Positions 62,088-64,000 of a stretch of 64,000 bases of DNA are shown here, in pieces. The notes below the pieces were generated by a model. The model worked only from the letters and a program-made list of their open reading frames with translations. It was not told where the DNA came from and did not search any database. Source of the DNA: an uncultured Nitrososphaeraceae archaeon (lineage in GTDB: Archaea; Thermoproteota; Nitrososphaeria; Nitrososphaerales; Nitrososphaeraceae); contig CAVSLF010000007.1 in NCBI GenBank assembly GCA_963728595.1, positions 1 through 64,000 on the forward strand. Direction: 5' to 3'. The stretch's first letter is position 1. Each line of letters begins with the position of its first letter. The translations under genes were made by a program, and so were the position numbers.

Positions 62088-63920
62088 TTATGAGTTCAAA
62101 TTACTATAAATTCTTATACTCTGTCCAGTAAGCAAGGCATTCAACAACCGCCTACCATTCTCTGATCTTTTGTCTATCTTAATTCTTGATTTCTTGCCAA
62201 CTTGATTGCTGCAAATGAATTCATCCTCAATATACAAATCAACTTTTTTGCCCAATGCGTCACCATCTACTGTGAAAACGATTCCAGAGCCAGACTCGAC
62301 AATATCAAAATTCACCTCCCTCCCTAAAGCAGGTGTTTTCATTTCAACATCAATTTTTATTCCTAACAAGTCTTCCAGTTCCGTGATTGTTGCACCACCT
62401 TTTCCAATTATCCTAGGAATAACATCTTTTTGAACTCGAAGTTTTATCCGATTGTCTGAAATAATGATTATCTCAGCATTTGGATCAAATCTCCGTACTA
62501 CTTCCTTTATTCTTGCCTCAGCCAGCTTCTTAACCGCACTTTGGGTTTGTGTCTTTTCAGATATTTCTTTGACTGGCACTACTATGTTTTCTTCCCCGTA
62601 TGTGTATATTTCATATTCAATGTCTCCTGATTCGAAGTCTCGCACTTCAACAAGCGGTCTTGCCAGATCCGCTTCAGTCATCCCGTGAGGGACTTTTACG
62701 GTCAATTTTATTTCATAGACTTTTTTTACCATCCCGCCACTCATGAATATTATCGTATCTATAATCTGAGGGATCATTCCCAATTCGACCTTACCAATAA
62801 ATCTCTGTACTGCATCCAATGGAGAGCTCGCGTGTACAACGCCAATCATTCCCACTCCAGCAAGTTTCATATCAGCAAAAACCTGAAAGTCCCGGTTTCT
62901 TCGAATTTCATCAAATATGGTATAATCTGGTCTCACAAGTAAGAGGATATCAACGGCTTTTTCAAAGCTTCCTTCAAGAGGAGCATATTGAGTTACTTCT
63001 TCGGGGACTTGCAAGTCTCTGGGAGATTCAAAAGTTTTAACTATCTTACGTTTAGTCACGTAGAATTCTGCCAAACTACTGGCGAGAGTACTCTTTCCTG
63101 AGCCCGGTGGTCCAGATATTATTATTCCTTCAGCTTTTTCCGATAGTCGAGCAACAAGTTTTTCGCTCAACCCATAATCGTCAATGGTGAGTTTTGCTAT
63201 TGGTTTGACTATAGTCGCTTCCAATCCGTCGGAAAATGGTGTTCTAGTGATCGCGATTCTATATTTCCCAAGTTGAATAACCGTTGCACCAGTTCTGCTG
63301 ATCTCTATAGATCCCGTTTCTGAAGATCGTGATTCTTCTGAAATCTCCTTGACAAGTCGTGAAAGCTCTTGATAGCCAATCTTTTTGTCACCAACTCGAA
63401 CTAACTCCAAATTGCCGGGTACCCCCTTCTTTGCTAGTGGATAAGTCCCTTCTTTCAAATGAATACTCATAGTCTTGTCATCGAAAAATTTTTCGAATTC
63501 AAGTGGCTTCGATATTTTAGGTGGGCGAAAGTGAATACACTTGATACCCTGGGCTTCTGCAACCATTGACTGAACAAAGTCTGCCGTAACTAAAACAGCA
63601 TTTTCTTGAAGAGCTACATCCTTGATGATTGAATCAATACGTCCATGTTTTGCGAGTTTTATTTCATCAAGTTCAGGACGTGATCCGATGAACTTGAGGT
63701 TTATGTTTCTGGTTGAACATAGTTCTCTAATTCTCTTTATTTCAACGAGCCCGACCATTCCATGCTCCTTGCTAGTCGACGCTTGTGACTGCAACTCATC
63801 TAGCGCAGCTATTGGAATCACAACTTCGTCTCCCTTTGAAATTTCTCCCGATTCTAACATTCTAGTAACTTCGCCATTAATTATAATACTGGTATCTAAG
63901 ACGTAGAGCGTATTGTTCAT
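62088..63920 (-). CDS. PIN-domain ATPase with KH domain (PINA-type)
   Basis: VLDTS PIN domain, GPPGSGKST Walker A, ESPRDL, RPDYTIFDEIR, IIGKGG KH motif. Confidence 0.92.
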   Translation of the reverse strand: MNNTLYVLDTSIIINGEVTRMLESGEISKGDEVVIPIAALDELQSQASTSKEHGMVGLVEIKRIRELCSTRNINLKFIGSRPELDEIKLAKHGRIDSIIKDVALQENAVLVTADFVQSMVAEAQGIKCIHFRPPKISKPLEFEKFFDDKTMSIHLKEGTYPLAKKGVPGNLELVRVGDKKIGYQELSRLVKEISEESRSSETGSIEISRTGATVIQLGKYRIAITRTPFSDGLEATIVKPIAKLTIDDYGLSEKLVARLSEKAEGIIISGPPGSGKSTLASSLAEFYVTKRKIVKTFESPRDLQVPEEVTQYAPLEGSFEKAVDILLLVRPDYTIFDEIRRNRDFQVFADMKLAGVGMIGVVHASSPLDAVQRFIGKVELGMIPQIIDTIIFMSGGMVKKVYEIKLTVKVPHGMTEADLARPLVEVRDFESGDIEYEIYTYGEENIVVPVKEISEKTQTQSAVKKLAEARIKEVVRRFDPNAEIIIISDNRIKLRVQKDVIPRIIGKGGATITELEDLLGIKIDVEMKTPALGREVNFDIVESGSGIVFTVDGDALGKKVDLYIEDEFICSNQVGKKSRIKIDKRSENGRRLLNALLTGQSIRIYSNLNS

Positions 63921-64000
63921 ACTCCTGTTGTATTATTTAATTCTTTGACGCCCATTGTAAAGCTAAAGTCGTGCTAGCTGGAAGTATTTTATCCTAATTT

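Overview
Archaeal chromosome segment, AT-rich, with gene content typical of an ammonia-oxidising archaeon of the Nitrososphaeraceae type (TFB, aIF1/SUI1, Sec61-beta, DUF2070, DnaJ-ferredoxin, PIN-ATPase, purEK/purFLQ, many thaumarchaeal-style kinases and zinc fingers). The lineage is inferred from gene content only. Layout: (i) 1-5.3 kb, secreted or surface proteins (frameshifted metzincin protease, sequon-repeat protein, RTX-repeat protein) plus a NUDIX hydrolase. (ii) 6.5-13.25 kb, a diverged head-to-tail duplication of a ~3.4 kb cassette (atypical P-II, C2H2 finger, decayed Zn ribbon, small membrane proteins) ending ~230 bp from the 3' end of tRNA-Ala(CGC). (iii) 13.9-29.6 kb, the best candidate for an undescribed system: a signal-regulated amino-sugar exopolysaccharide island with two paralogous processive GT2 synthases (DxD, QSYEY, TED, QRIRW), GlmS, two Cache-HAMP kinase plus single-domain receiver pairs, an orphan solute-binding protein, a cytoplasmic kinase, and a regulator directly upstream of one synthase whose Hpt-like and receiver domains both lack their phospho-acceptor residues and which carries a multi-Zn TackOD1-like region. 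(iv) 30-64 kb, mixed metabolic and housekeeping genes and several small ORFs missed by the ORF track. Single-base frameshifts in core genes (tfb, purL, glmS) suggest residual indel errors in the assembly, so pseudogene calls are provisional. All family assignments come from motif recognition by eye; no searches were run.
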